A DNA stretch of 64,000 nucleotides, taken from contig JBCNVM010000002.1 in NCBI GenBank assembly GCA_039630085.1, positions 84,721 through 148,720 of the forward strand, read 5' to 3'. This DNA comes from Candidatus Caldarchaeales archaeon (GTDB taxonomy: Archaea; Thermoproteota; Nitrososphaeria_A; Caldarchaeales; Calditenuaceae). Shown piece by piece: positions 9,243 through 17,977 of this stretch. A program made the translations under genes and the position numbers. Numbering within the stretch: position 1 is the stretch's first letter; each line of letters begins with the position of its first letter. Under the pieces are notes generated by a model. That model was not told the DNA's origin. It made no database searches and saw only the letters and a list, made by a program, of their open reading frames with translations.

Positions 9243-9720
9243 GCTGTTCTACAGCCCGGCTTTCTGGGTAGCGGTGAACGCCGCGATCGCCGCGGCCCTT
9301 CTCCACGCCGTCAGGCGGTTCAGGAGGAAGAGGGCCGATGGGCCGACGCTCCGGGAGCGGTTCGGGGAGGTGAAGGCGCTCCTCGGTTCCGGAGGGTCCG
9401 GAAGGGAGTACGTCGTGACGGTCTCGAGGGCCCTGCTCAGGGACCTCAGGGCCGAGGGCTTCGTGGTCAGGGGCTCGATGAGCTTCAGGGAGGCCGTGTC
9501 CGCGGTCCTGAAGTCGGCGGGCTCCGAGGACCGGTTTGAGGACGTCGTCAGGTCCTTCGAGGACGCGAGGTACGGTGGGTCCAATCCCGATGACCGGGAG
9601 GTCGAGGACTTCAGGCGCAGGGTAGGGGAGCTCATCGGCCTCCTAGAGGTCTCCCTGTCAGCTCCCGGTGAAGCTCGACGATCGCGCGGCGCGGATCAGG
9701 GCCGAGCGGCCCCCCGATGA
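9229..9720 (+). CDS. Membrane-anchored DUF4129-like protein
   Basis: N-terminal TM helix; SMSFRE and FEDARYG resemble the DUF4129 T.RE...YE.ARY pattern. Confidence 0.6.
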   Translation: MSAAELFYSPAFWVAVNAAIAAALLHAVRRFRRKRADGPTLRERFGEVKALLGSGGSGREYVVTVSRALLRDLRAEGFVVRGSMSFREAVSAVLKSAGSEDRFEDVVRSFEDARYGGSNPDDREVEDFRRRVGELIGLLEVSLSAPGEARRSRGADQGRAAPR

Positions 9721-10597
9721 CCAAGCCGTCGATTTCCTTGAGCGGCAACCCTTCGATCGCCCTCGAGACGTCCTCCGCGGTCCCCGCGAGGGCCACGGAC
9801 GAAGCCACATCGTCCGGAAGCTCCTCCCTCACCTCCTGCCACCTGCCTGCCCTCACGAGGTCCCTGACGCGGTCGAGCAGCCCCTCGTCGACGCCCAACC
9901 TCGCCGCGTACTCGGCCGGAGAGCCCGCGAGCACCACCGCGACGTACGGCTTGACCGCCCTGAGGGCCTTCGCGCGGTCCTCGCAAACGGAGACCATCAG
10001 CCCAACCTCGACCGCGACCGTCCTTCCGGCCCTCTCGGCGGAGGACCTCACGAGCCTCGCCGACTCCTCGATGAAGGGGAGGTTCGTCGGGTTGATGAGC
10101 GCGCCGTCCCCCTCCTCCCCCGCCAGCTCGAGCATCTTCGGGCCCTGGGCCGCGACGTAGATCCTGACCTCCGAGGCCGGCCTGAAGTCGAGCCTCACCC
10201 CGCCAGCGAGCCCCTCGCCTCCCAAGAGTGCCCTCACGGACCTCACGCAGGCCCTCACCCTCTCGACCGGGTTCTCCCTCCGGACGCCGAGAGCCTCGAG
10301 GGTCGTCGCGTCCCCGGCTCCGATCCCCAGCATCACCCTTTCCGGCCCGACCTCCGTGAGCGTCGCCGCGACCTGCGCGATCAACGCCGGGTGGTAGGCG
10401 TACGGGTTCAGGACGCCTAATCCGACCTCGGCCCTCCTCAGCCTCGAGAGGAGGTAAGCGGCCGTGACAACCGAGGACCTGTTGAAGAAGTGCTCGGAGA
10501 GCCAGACCGCGTCGAACCCGAGCCTCTCGGCCAACCCCGCTAGGACCCCGATCTCCCAAGTCGGCGACCTCGGCGCGAGCTCGACTGAGACCCTCAT
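9632..10597 (-). CDS. LLM-class (Mer-like) F420/flavin-dependent oxidoreductase
   Basis: GFDAVWLSEH, GVLNPYAYHP, LGIGAGD, IYVAAQGPKMLELAG. Confidence 0.9.
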   Translation of the reverse strand: MRVSVELAPRSPTWEIGVLAGLAERLGFDAVWLSEHFFNRSSVVTAAYLLSRLRRAEVGLGVLNPYAYHPALIAQVAATLTEVGPERVMLGIGAGDATTLEALGVRRENPVERVRACVRSVRALLGGEGLAGGVRLDFRPASEVRIYVAAQGPKMLELAGEEGDGALINPTNLPFIEESARLVRSSAERAGRTVAVEVGLMVSVCEDRAKALRAVKPYVAVVLAGSPAEYAARLGVDEGLLDRVRDLVRAGRWQEVREELPDDVASSVALAGTAEDVSRAIEGLPLKEIDGLVIGGPLGPDPRRAIVELHRELTGRPLGGR

Positions 10598-10750
10598 GCC
10601 CTCGCGGCTTGCCCCGGTGCCCCGTCTCTTCGGGATCGTAAAGACCTTCGGCCGACGAACCCCTCAGCGGTCCGCGGAGGCCGAGGCCCTTGACCAGAAC
10701 CCGACTCATCCTCCGGCCCTCCTTTTTAGTGAGGGCGGAGGCCGCAGGCC

Positions 10751-11449
10751 GTGCTGGGCTACGTAAGTCCCAAGGCTACCGTGAAGGGCGTCGTGATCGA
10801 GGGCGCGGTCGTGCTCGGGCCCTCGAGGATCGGCGAGGGATCGATCGTCGACTCGATGACGACCGTAGGCTATCCCATGAGGTCGAAGCTCCTAGGACTG
10901 AAGGAATCCGGGATCGGGTCGCTCGACGAGGTCAGCTCCGGGAGCGAGCTCGGCAGGAGGTGCGTCGTGAGGAGGGGATGCGTCGTCTACGAAGGCGCTG
11001 TCTTGGGGGACGAGGTCGAGCTCGGCCACAACGTCCTGATCAGGTCCGGGAGCGTGGTTGGGAGGGGGACTAGGATAGGCACCGGGACGCAGCTGGACGG
11101 CGAGGTCACTGTGGGAGAGGGGTGCTCGATCCAGTCGATGTGCTACCTCCCCCACCTGACCAAGGTCGGTTCCGGGGTCTTCATGGGCCCGAACGTCGTC
11201 GTGATGAACGACCGATATCCGCCCAGCGACCGGCTCGAGGGCGCCGAGATCATGGACGGGGCAGTGATAGGCGCAGGTGCCCTGATAGTGGCGGGAGTCA
11301 GAATCGGGAGGGGAGCGGTGGTGGGCGCGGGATCGGTGGTGACGAAGGACGTCCCCGACGGGTCAGTCGTGCTGGGCGTCCCCGCGAGGTTCGCCTACAC
11401 GCGTGATGCCTACGAGGCGAGGAGGAGGGCCTCGGTCAGTCGAACCTGA
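10751..11449 (+). CDS. Hexapeptide-repeat acyltransferase (WbbJ-like)
   Basis: Left-handed beta-helix repeats; FMGPNVVVMNDRYP, GAGSVVTKDVP, GVPAR. Confidence 0.9.
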   Translation: MLGYVSPKATVKGVVIEGAVVLGPSRIGEGSIVDSMTTVGYPMRSKLLGLKESGIGSLDEVSSGSELGRRCVVRRGCVVYEGAVLGDEVELGHNVLIRSGSVVGRGTRIGTGTQLDGEVTVGEGCSIQSMCYLPHLTKVGSGVFMGPNVVVMNDRYPPSDRLEGAEIMDGAVIGAGALIVAGVRIGRGAVVGAGSVVTKDVPDGSVVLGVPARFAYTRDAYEARRRASVSRT

Positions 11450-12110
11450 TCCCGATGACCGTGCAGGGCGCCCCGTCGACCCTCTCGACCCTGAGCGGCG
11501 CGACCACAACGAGGTCGTAGCTCTCCGGCTTCCCGGCGAGGTCCATGTCCTCTACGATCAGGAACCTCCTCGAGACCAGCAGCCTCCTGTGGGCCTCCCT
11601 CCCCATCTCCCTCCTTAGCGGCGAGCTGATGCTGATCGCGTCGATCCCGAAGGCCCTCACGTTACCGAAGCCGGCGATGTAGGAGGCGGCCTCGGGGTGG
11701 AGCGACACACCTTCGCCCGAGTACCTTGAAGGTTCGGACCTCCTGTAGACCTGCAGGCCGGTCCTGACCATCAGCATCCCGCACTCCCCGATCAGCCGCT
11801 CGTGGGGCCTCAGGTCCTCGACCCCGATCACGCCTCCCGGCTCCTTCGGGACGTCCAAGACCAGGCCGCGCCCGATAACGAGGTCCTCCGCCAGCAGGTC
11901 CTCCACCTTGGGTCCCGAGTCGTCGAAGTGGTTCGGCGCGTCGACGTGCGTCCCGACGTGGTTCCCCGAGCTCATCCTCCAGGAGTTCGAGGTGTCTCCG
12001 CGGGCTATGCTCCTCACCTGCTCGAGCCTCAGCGGCGGCGTCCCGGGGTAGACCGGGTCCTCCTCCCTCAGGACGTGCGAGAGCAGGTAGACCCGCATCG
12101 GGCTCATCAT
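11436..12110 (-). CDS. Cyclase family protein (kynurenine formamidase-like)
   Basis: HVGTHVDAPNH motif; DGAPCTV C-terminus. Confidence 0.92.
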   Translation of the reverse strand: MMSPMRVYLLSHVLREEDPVYPGTPPLRLEQVRSIARGDTSNSWRMSSGNHVGTHVDAPNHFDDSGPKVEDLLAEDLVIGRGLVLDVPKEPGGVIGVEDLRPHERLIGECGMLMVRTGLQVYRRSEPSRYSGEGVSLHPEAASYIAGFGNVRAFGIDAISISSPLRREMGREAHRRLLVSRRFLIVEDMDLAGKPESYDLVVVAPLRVERVDGAPCTVIGIRFD

Positions 12111-12198
12111 GACGCCCTCGGTAAAAACGGTCTCCGGGTCGTCAGCGTCCGCATCGCCACCGGCGAAGGTATTTAGCGAGTCCGGAGCAGGTCGACGA

Positions 12199-12294
12199 GG
12201 GGCCGTAGTCCAGCATGGAGTGGACGCCCGGCTAGCATGGAGTGATGCCCGGACTGGGCCCGGGAGGTCGCCGGTTCAAATCCGGCCGGCCCCA
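12199..12294 (+). tRNA. tRNA-Pro(TGG) with 21-nt non-canonical intron at position 33/34 (12234-12254)
   Basis: Acceptor GGGGCCG/CGGCCCC-A; D stem GTCC/GGAC; T arm GCCGG-TTCAAAT-CCGGC. Splice motif: helix CCGG/CCGG, bulges CT^A and AC^T, intron stem GCAT/ATGC. Splicing restores loop CT-TGG-GC. Confidence 0.92.
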
Positions 12295-12341
12295 CGCGGG
12301 AACACGAGAGCCTCGGCGATGATCCAGCCGGTCGGCGGAGC

Positions 12342-12713
12342 TCAGAGCCTGACCCTGATCCCCTTCGTCACCGCCTCCCGGACCACCGCCTTCCTCTCCC
12401 TGAACGCCTCGACCTGCGCCGGCGTGTATGGGAAGGCCTCGATGGTGAAAGACCCGTCCCAGAGGCCGCTGACCAGCATCGCGTTCTCCACGAAGCTCCG
12501 CTTCCCGAACTCCTCCGAGACGACAAGCATGTCGAGGTCGCTGTCGACCAGCGGAGTGCCGTAGACCCTCGAGCCGAAGAGGTAGACCTCGGTGACGTTC
12601 AGCTCCCGCTTCAGCCTCCTGAGGAACCTGGCGAGCTCGGCACTCTGCCTCCTCGAGAGCCTGACGCGCTCAAGGGCCTCAGTCAGGGAAGCCCCGCCCT
12701 CGACCTGACCCAT
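12342..12713 (-). CDS. Minimal nucleotidyltransferase (MNT antitoxin-like)
   Basis: VYLFGSRVYGTPLVDSDLDMLVV (GS-x10-DxD); start uncertain (ATG 12713, or CTG 12686 overlapping the HEPN stop). Confidence 0.88.
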   Translation of the reverse strand: MGQVEGGASLTEALERVRLSRRQSAELARFLRRLKRELNVTEVYLFGSRVYGTPLVDSDLDMLVVSEEFGKRSFVENAMLVSGLWDGSFTIEAFPYTPAQVEAFRERKAVVREAVTKGIRVRL

Positions 12714-13081
12714 CCTATCACCCTCTCCGCCGCCTGCAGGCACCTCAGGACGATCTCCCTGCTGTAGGCCTCGCTCGGAACCGTGTTCGCGGCGTTCGGG
12801 TACCTGGCGATCGTGTAGTGAGGGTTGAGCGCCTTCAGGTCGTCCATCAGCTCGTCGGCCTCCAGCGCCCTCCCGAGCTTGACGAGGTCGTGCCCCCTCG
12901 GAGGCAGCCTCGACTTCGCGACGACATAGAGGGCCTTCAGCGCCTTCCCGGCAGCCTAGTGGGCGAGGAAGGCCGAGACGCTGTACTCCTCGATCTCGTA
13001 GTTCCTCCTCGCCTGCCTGAGGTTGTGGAGGGCCTCGCGCCACCAGTCCATCGCCTCCTCCCTGACCTCGCCCGCCGGCAA
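12683..13081 (-). pseudogene. HEPN-domain protein interrupted by in-frame TAG at codon 42 (12956-12958)
   Basis: MPAGEVREEAMDWWREA...SAFLAH*AAGKALKALY...PPRGHDL...HYTIARYPNA; the family consensus is F.AHQAAEKALKA. Confidence 0.85.
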
Positions 13082-13228
13082 GCCTCTCCCCGTCAGCCGA
13101 GCGCCCCCGGATAGATAACGTTGCACCGATCGAACGGATGCGCCTCTCCCGACGTGAGCTCTGGTGCGTTAGGGAGACCGAGCCGACGGACCAGCAAAGT
13201 ATAACCTCTGGCCTCCAGAGTGAACGGT

Positions 13229-13711
13229 ATGCAGCTCCACCTAGTTAAGGTCGAGTTCCCGGAGGGAGTCCAGCTGATACTCGCCCAGAGCCACTTCATC
13301 AAGACCGTCGAGGACGTCCACGAGGCCCTCGTCACCGCCCTCCCGGGGATCAAGTTCGGGATAGCCTTCTGCGAGTCGTCGGGGAAGAGGCTGGTCAGGC
13401 ACTCGGGGACCGATGAGGAGCTCGAGAGGCTGGCGGTCGAGAACGCGCTGAGGCTCGGGTGCGGCCACCTCCTCGTGGTCCTGCTGAGGAACGCCTACCC
13501 GATCAACGTCCTCCCGAGGCTGAGGGAGGTCCAGGAGATAGTCGGGTTCTACTGCGCGACCGGGAACCCGGTGCAGGTGGTCGTGGCCGAGACCGACCAG
13601 GGCAGGGGCGTGCTCGGCGTGATAGACGGTCAGACGCCGCTTGGCGTCGAGGGTCCCGAGGAGGTCAGGGAGCGGAAGGAGTTCCTCAGGAAGATCGGTT
13701 ACAAGCTTTGA
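13229..13711 (+). CDS. DUF355 / adenosine-specific kinase family protein
   Basis: QSHFIKTVED, FGIAFCESSG, CATGNPVQV, GRGVLGVIDG, FLRKIGYK. Confidence 0.92.
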   Translation: MQLHLVKVEFPEGVQLILAQSHFIKTVEDVHEALVTALPGIKFGIAFCESSGKRLVRHSGTDEELERLAVENALRLGCGHLLVVLLRNAYPINVLPRLREVQEIVGFYCATGNPVQVVVAETDQGRGVLGVIDGQTPLGVEGPEEVRERKEFLRKIGYKL

Positions 13712-13717
13712 GCGACG

Positions 13718-13999
13718 CTAGTACCTGATCCTGAAGCCCGCTTCTGAGCCGGTGTACTCCTCCCAGCTCACCTCGACGCGCTCCACGACCGCGTGCCGAG
13801 GTCCCCTTTTGCACCACTCGACCGCCTTCAGGACGGCCTCCTCGGGCCCCTCGAAGACCGCCTCGACCCTGCCGTCGGGGAGGTTCCTGACCCACCCGCT
13901 CAGTCCTAGCTCGTCCGCGACCCTCTTCGCGTTGGCCCTGAAGAAGACGCCCTGGACCCTCCCGGAGACCCAGACGTGGGCCCTGACCATCTTCGGCAT
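13718..13999 (-). CDS. acyP: Acylphosphatase
   Basis: VSGRVQGVFFR, GWVRNLPDGRVE. Confidence 0.96.
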   Translation of the reverse strand: MPKMVRAHVWVSGRVQGVFFRANAKRVADELGLSGWVRNLPDGRVEAVFEGPEEAVLKAVEWCKRGPRHAVVERVEVSWEEYTGSEAGFRIRY

Positions 14000-14052
14000 C
14001 CCGGGTCATTCCCGGACCACGCTTTATCAACCTCATCGACCTCCGCGAGCCG

Positions 14053-14754
14053 GTGGGGCTGGAGTCGGTTGCCTACAGGAGAGTGGTCTACGACCGGGAG
14101 AGGTGGAGGATCCTCTCGGAGAAGCGGGAGAGAGCCGCCTCGATCATGTCGGTCCTCAGGTCGAAGGGGATCGCGGACGCGTTCGTCTACGGCAGCGTCG
14201 CGAGGGGCGACGTGAGGCCGGAGAGCGACGTCGACGTCTTCGTGCCGAGGGTCGTGAACCCCGAGCTTCTGCAGTTGATCGCGGAGTCGGAGCTCGGGGG
14301 CTACGAGAGGAGGACGGTCGTCCAGGCGACGCCCGGCTACGTCGTGAAGGGCTACATCCACCTCGACGAGCTCACGTCGATCTCCTTCCCCTTGATAGAG
14401 TTGCTCCCTGCGGAGCACGAGTTCTACACGATCGCGGGAAGAATAGAACTGGACGGGCTGATCGTAGGTAAGAGGGTCCCGGGGATGAACAAGTCCCTGA
14501 CCGTCGTGGTACCAATCGAGGAGGGGCACTTGGAGTTCCCTGCGGAGTCGGCGCCGGAGATCGCCGCGAAGCTGATCGGGTGCGACCCGAGGGCCCTCAG
14601 GGAGCGGATCAGGGTCCTGAGGAGGAGGCAGGAGCACGGCAGGACCGGAGTCTACCGGGAGCTGGTGCTGGAGGGAGACCAGACGTTCTCTTGGGCGCTG
14701 AAGAGGCTCGTCGAGGAGAACCCGGTCCTGAGGAGGAGGCTGAGGTCCGCGTGA
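14053..14754 (+). CDS. Predicted nucleotidyltransferase (COG2413-like)
   Basis: YGSVARGDVRPESDVD, VVQATP, RVPGMNKSL, GRTGVY. Confidence 0.85.
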   Translation: MGLESVAYRRVVYDRERWRILSEKRERAASIMSVLRSKGIADAFVYGSVARGDVRPESDVDVFVPRVVNPELLQLIAESELGGYERRTVVQATPGYVVKGYIHLDELTSISFPLIELLPAEHEFYTIAGRIELDGLIVGKRVPGMNKSLTVVVPIEEGHLEFPAESAPEIAAKLIGCDPRALRERIRVLRRRQEHGRTGVYRELVLEGDQTFSWALKRLVEENPVLRRRLRSA

Positions 14755-14843
14755 GCGGAGCGCGAGGGCCCTCGTGACCCGGAACCTAGAGGCCTGAGCC
14801 GATCCCGGATACCTCTATCACGGGGCTGTCCGCAAGGGGCGTA

Positions 14844-16121
14844 ATGAACGCGCAGGACTTCGCGGCAGGAGCGCTGGTCCTCGGGATACTCCTTGGCGGG
14901 ACCGCCCTCCGGAGCAGGTTCCCGAGGGTCCCCCTCTGGTCGGTGATGATGCTCTGCACCGCCGTGACGCTCGTGACGGACCTCGTGCCCGTCGACGAGG
15001 CCATGGCGCTCGTGGACCTCGACGTGATCACCCTGCTGATAGGGATGTTCGCGCTGGTCGGGATGGCGGAGAGGTCTGGGCTGCTGGACTTCCTCGCGTA
15101 CTACTTCCTCTCGAGGCTCGGGACGACGAGGTCCATAGTCGTGGGCTCCGCGCTCCTCTTCGGCCTAATGTCGGCCTTCTTCGTCTACGACACCGTCGCC
15201 CTGATGGGCCCTCCGATAGCCGTGACAATAGGCAGGGTCCTCGGAGGCAACTACGAGTTCGCCTTTCTCCTCCTCTGCTTCTCAATAACGATCGGGTCGA
15301 CGATGACGCCGATCGGTAACCCGCAGAACGTACTGATCGCGATCCAGTCTGGGATGAGGGCTCCCTTCGTAGAGTTCATGATCCACCTGGCGGTCCCGAC
15401 GCTCCTCTCGCTGGTTATCGCGGCGCTTCTGATGGCGCGGCTTTACAGGTTGCCCAACGTCGGGTCGCAGGTCGTCGTCTCGCCCTGGGAGGCGATCAGG
15501 TCGAGGAGGGAGTTCGCCCTCGCGCTGGTCGGAGGAGGCGTCACTGTGGCGGTCCTGGTGGTCAACGACGTCAACGCGGCCCTCGGGCTTCCCCACGTGG
15601 CCGCCAGAGGTCTCATACCCTTCACCGCGGCCGCCGCGCTCATAGCGTTCACTGAGGGCCCTAGAGAGGTCCTCGCGAGGGTGGACTTCGGGACGATCCT
15701 CTTCTTCATCGGGATGTTCATCACAGTGGAGGGGATCTGGAGGTCCGGCGTCCTCCAGCCGGTCTTCTCTGCCCTGTTGCTCGATAACCCCTCGACGCCC
15801 CTCGGCCTCGCGTCCCTCGCGGTCCTCTCCTTGGTCATGAGCCAGCTGGTCAGCAACGTGCCCTACACGAAGCTCGCGATCCATCAGCTCAGGGAGCTCG
15901 GGGTGACTGGGGCCGAGACAGACGTCTGGGTGACCCTCGCGGCCGCCGCGACGCTCGCTGGCAACCTCACGATACTCGGCGCGGCGTCGAACGTGATCGT
16001 CCTAGAGGTCCTCGAGAGCAGGTACGGGACCACGATATCCTACGGGAGGTTCGCGAAGGTCGGCGGCCTCGTCACCGCGGTCACGGTCCCCCTCTTCCTC
16101 CTCTACCTGGTCCTCCTCTGA
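14844..16121 (+). CDS. ArsB/NhaD (SLC13-like) ion transporter
   Basis: Many TM helices; GSTMTPIGNPQN, SNVP, AGNLTILGAASN. Confidence 0.9.
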   Translation: MNAQDFAAGALVLGILLGGTALRSRFPRVPLWSVMMLCTAVTLVTDLVPVDEAMALVDLDVITLLIGMFALVGMAERSGLLDFLAYYFLSRLGTTRSIVVGSALLFGLMSAFFVYDTVALMGPPIAVTIGRVLGGNYEFAFLLLCFSITIGSTMTPIGNPQNVLIAIQSGMRAPFVEFMIHLAVPTLLSLVIAALLMARLYRLPNVGSQVVVSPWEAIRSRREFALALVGGGVTVAVLVVNDVNAALGLPHVAARGLIPFTAAAALIAFTEGPREVLARVDFGTILFFIGMFITVEGIWRSGVLQPVFSALLLDNPSTPLGLASLAVLSLVMSQLVSNVPYTKLAIHQLRELGVTGAETDVWVTLAAAATLAGNLTILGAASNVIVLEVLESRYGTTISYGRFAKVGGLVTAVTVPLFLLYLVLL

Positions 16122-16173
16122 GGGCGCCGGAATCGGTTAATCACGGGCGGCGGCGGGTCTGCACGGGGAGGTC

Positions 16174-17256
16174 GTGAGGGCGGTAGCGGTCGACGAGTTG
16201 AGGAGGTCCGTGAGGCTCGTGCCGGAGTCGGGAGTCGACCTGATCAACCTCTACAGGTCAGTGGAGAGGGGGGACCTGGTCTTCGCGGAGACGACGAGGG
16301 AGATCAAGAGGGAGAGGGCCTCCGGCGAGGTCGACAGCAGAAGGGTCGCGATCAGGATTGGGGTAGAGGTCGAGAGGAAGTCGGCTGACCCCGGGGTGAG
16401 GAGGATCTCGTTCCTAGGCAGGATCGTCGAGGCGGAGGGCCACGAGGACCTCCTGAAGAAGCACCACACCGTCCACGTCGAGAAGGGGAAAGAGGTCGAG
16501 GTCGTCTCGAGGGAGAGGTTCGGGAGGCTGGTCGCGCTGGCGGAGGCCGGGAGGCGGAGGGCTCCGAGGCCGATGCTTGTCCTCTCAGCAGACGACGAGA
16601 GGGCCGTACTGGTCCTGATCGACAACGAGGGCGTCCAGGTCCTCGCGTCCTCTCAGGTCTCCTCGGGCCCGAAGCTCTTCGGCTCGAAGGATCGGACGGG
16701 CTGGAGGGAGGAGCTCGTGGAGGGCGTGAAGGACGCGGCGCTCGACGCGATCGAGAGGCACGGCGTCTCGGAGCTGGTCGTCGTCGCGCCCCAGCCGCTG
16801 GTCGACGGCCTCGCTTCCGAGCTGAGGAGGTCGCTCTCCTCGAGGGCGGAGGTGCTCAAGAGGACGGTCCCTGCCTCCGTGGGAGGTATCGAGGGCCTGA
16901 TGGAGGTCCTGAGGAGGGGAGGGCTCGGGAAGGAGCTTAGGCCGCTCTACGACGCGCTCCTGATCGAGAAGGCGCTGGAGCTGGCATCGGAGGAGCCGGG
17001 ATCGGCCGCCTTCGGGACCCTGGACGTCCTGAAGATGGTGAGGGAGGGAAGGGCCGGATTGGTGCTGGTCTCGGAGGAACACCTCTGGCGTAACCTCGAG
17101 AGCCCGGAGCTCGACGAGGTGCTGAGGGGCGCGGAGTCGGGCAGGTACAGGCTCAGGGTCGTCGGCCCCGGAGGGCTCGCGTCGGAGAGGGTGGAGGCCT
17201 TGGGAGGGATCATAGGGCTGGACAGGGCCCTCGCCTCTATGTTGCCCGCGGAGTGA
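16174..17256 (+). CDS. pelA: Pelota/Dom34 ribosome rescue factor (divergent)
   Basis: DLINLYRSVERGDLVFAETTR, HHTVHV, LGGIIG; three-domain eRF1-like length. Confidence 0.85.
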   Translation: MRAVAVDELRRSVRLVPESGVDLINLYRSVERGDLVFAETTREIKRERASGEVDSRRVAIRIGVEVERKSADPGVRRISFLGRIVEAEGHEDLLKKHHTVHVEKGKEVEVVSRERFGRLVALAEAGRRRAPRPMLVLSADDERAVLVLIDNEGVQVLASSQVSSGPKLFGSKDRTGWREELVEGVKDAALDAIERHGVSELVVVAPQPLVDGLASELRRSLSSRAEVLKRTVPASVGGIEGLMEVLRRGGLGKELRPLYDALLIEKALELASEEPGSAAFGTLDVLKMVREGRAGLVLVSEEHLWRNLESPELDEVLRGAESGRYRLRVVGPGGLASERVEALGGIIGLDRALASMLPAE

Positions 17257-17294
17257 GGCACGGTTTTCTTTAGGACGGGCCGCCTGAAACCGAG

Positions 17295-17972
17295 TTGCCG
17301 CTGGTGGTCAAGATCGGTGGACACGTCTTCGCGAAGGGCGAGCCAGAAATCGACCTGATCAAGGCCTACGCGCGGGTCCTCAGGGAGTCCCACGACGGCT
17401 CCGACCGCTGGGTAGTCGTGATGGGAGGAGGCGAGCCCGCGAGGGCCTACATCAGGGCCGCGAGGTCCCTCGGCGCGGACGAGGTCACCTGCGACGAGAT
17501 CGCGATCGCGGTCACGAGGATCCACGCCACCCTGATGGCCCTCGCGCTGGGCGAGCTGGCGTATCCGGAGGTCGTGAGGGACATGGAATCCTTGAGGAGG
17601 GCCCTAGCGGTGAGGAGGGTCGCCGTAGCCGGAGGGCTCTGGCCCGGCCAGTCGACGTTCGCGGTATCGGCGCTCTGCGCCGGCGCGATCGGCGCCGACA
17701 GGCTCATCGTCGCGACCGACGTCAGGGGCGTCTACGACCGGGACCCGAAGCTCCATCCGGACGCGAGGCTCATCCCGCGGATGACCTACGACGAGCTCCT
17801 CTCCAGGCTCAGCTCGGTCTCCCACAGCGCGGGGGAGTACAAGCTGGTCGACTCGGTGGGCCTCGCGATGCTGAAGAGGTCTGGGGTGAGGCTGCTCTTC
17901 GTCGACGGCACCGACCCGGAGAACGTCAGGAGGGCGATACTCAGGGGCGAGGCAGGCACGGTCGTCGAGTGA
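17295..17972 (+). CDS. pyrH: UMP kinase
   Basis: VVKIGGH, MGGGEPARAYI, GGLWPGQST, ATDVRGVYDRDPK. Confidence 0.93.
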   Translation: MPLVVKIGGHVFAKGEPEIDLIKAYARVLRESHDGSDRWVVVMGGGEPARAYIRAARSLGADEVTCDEIAIAVTRIHATLMALALGELAYPEVVRDMESLRRALAVRRVAVAGGLWPGQSTFAVSALCAGAIGADRLIVATDVRGVYDRDPKLHPDARLIPRMTYDELLSRLSSVSHSAGEYKLVDSVGLAMLKRSGVRLLFVDGTDPENVRRAILRGEAGTVVE

Positions 17973-17977
17973 GTCGG

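Noticed and set aside
10640-10720. Possible minus-strand C/D sRNA (GGATGAG...CTGA)
   Set aside because: No convincing guide match to the 23S or tRNAs in this window; 16S is not available to test.
12956-12958. Pyrrolysine or amber recoding in HEPN
   Set aside because: TAG is a normal stop in many genes here, no pyl genes are in the window, and a second degenerative change is adjacent.
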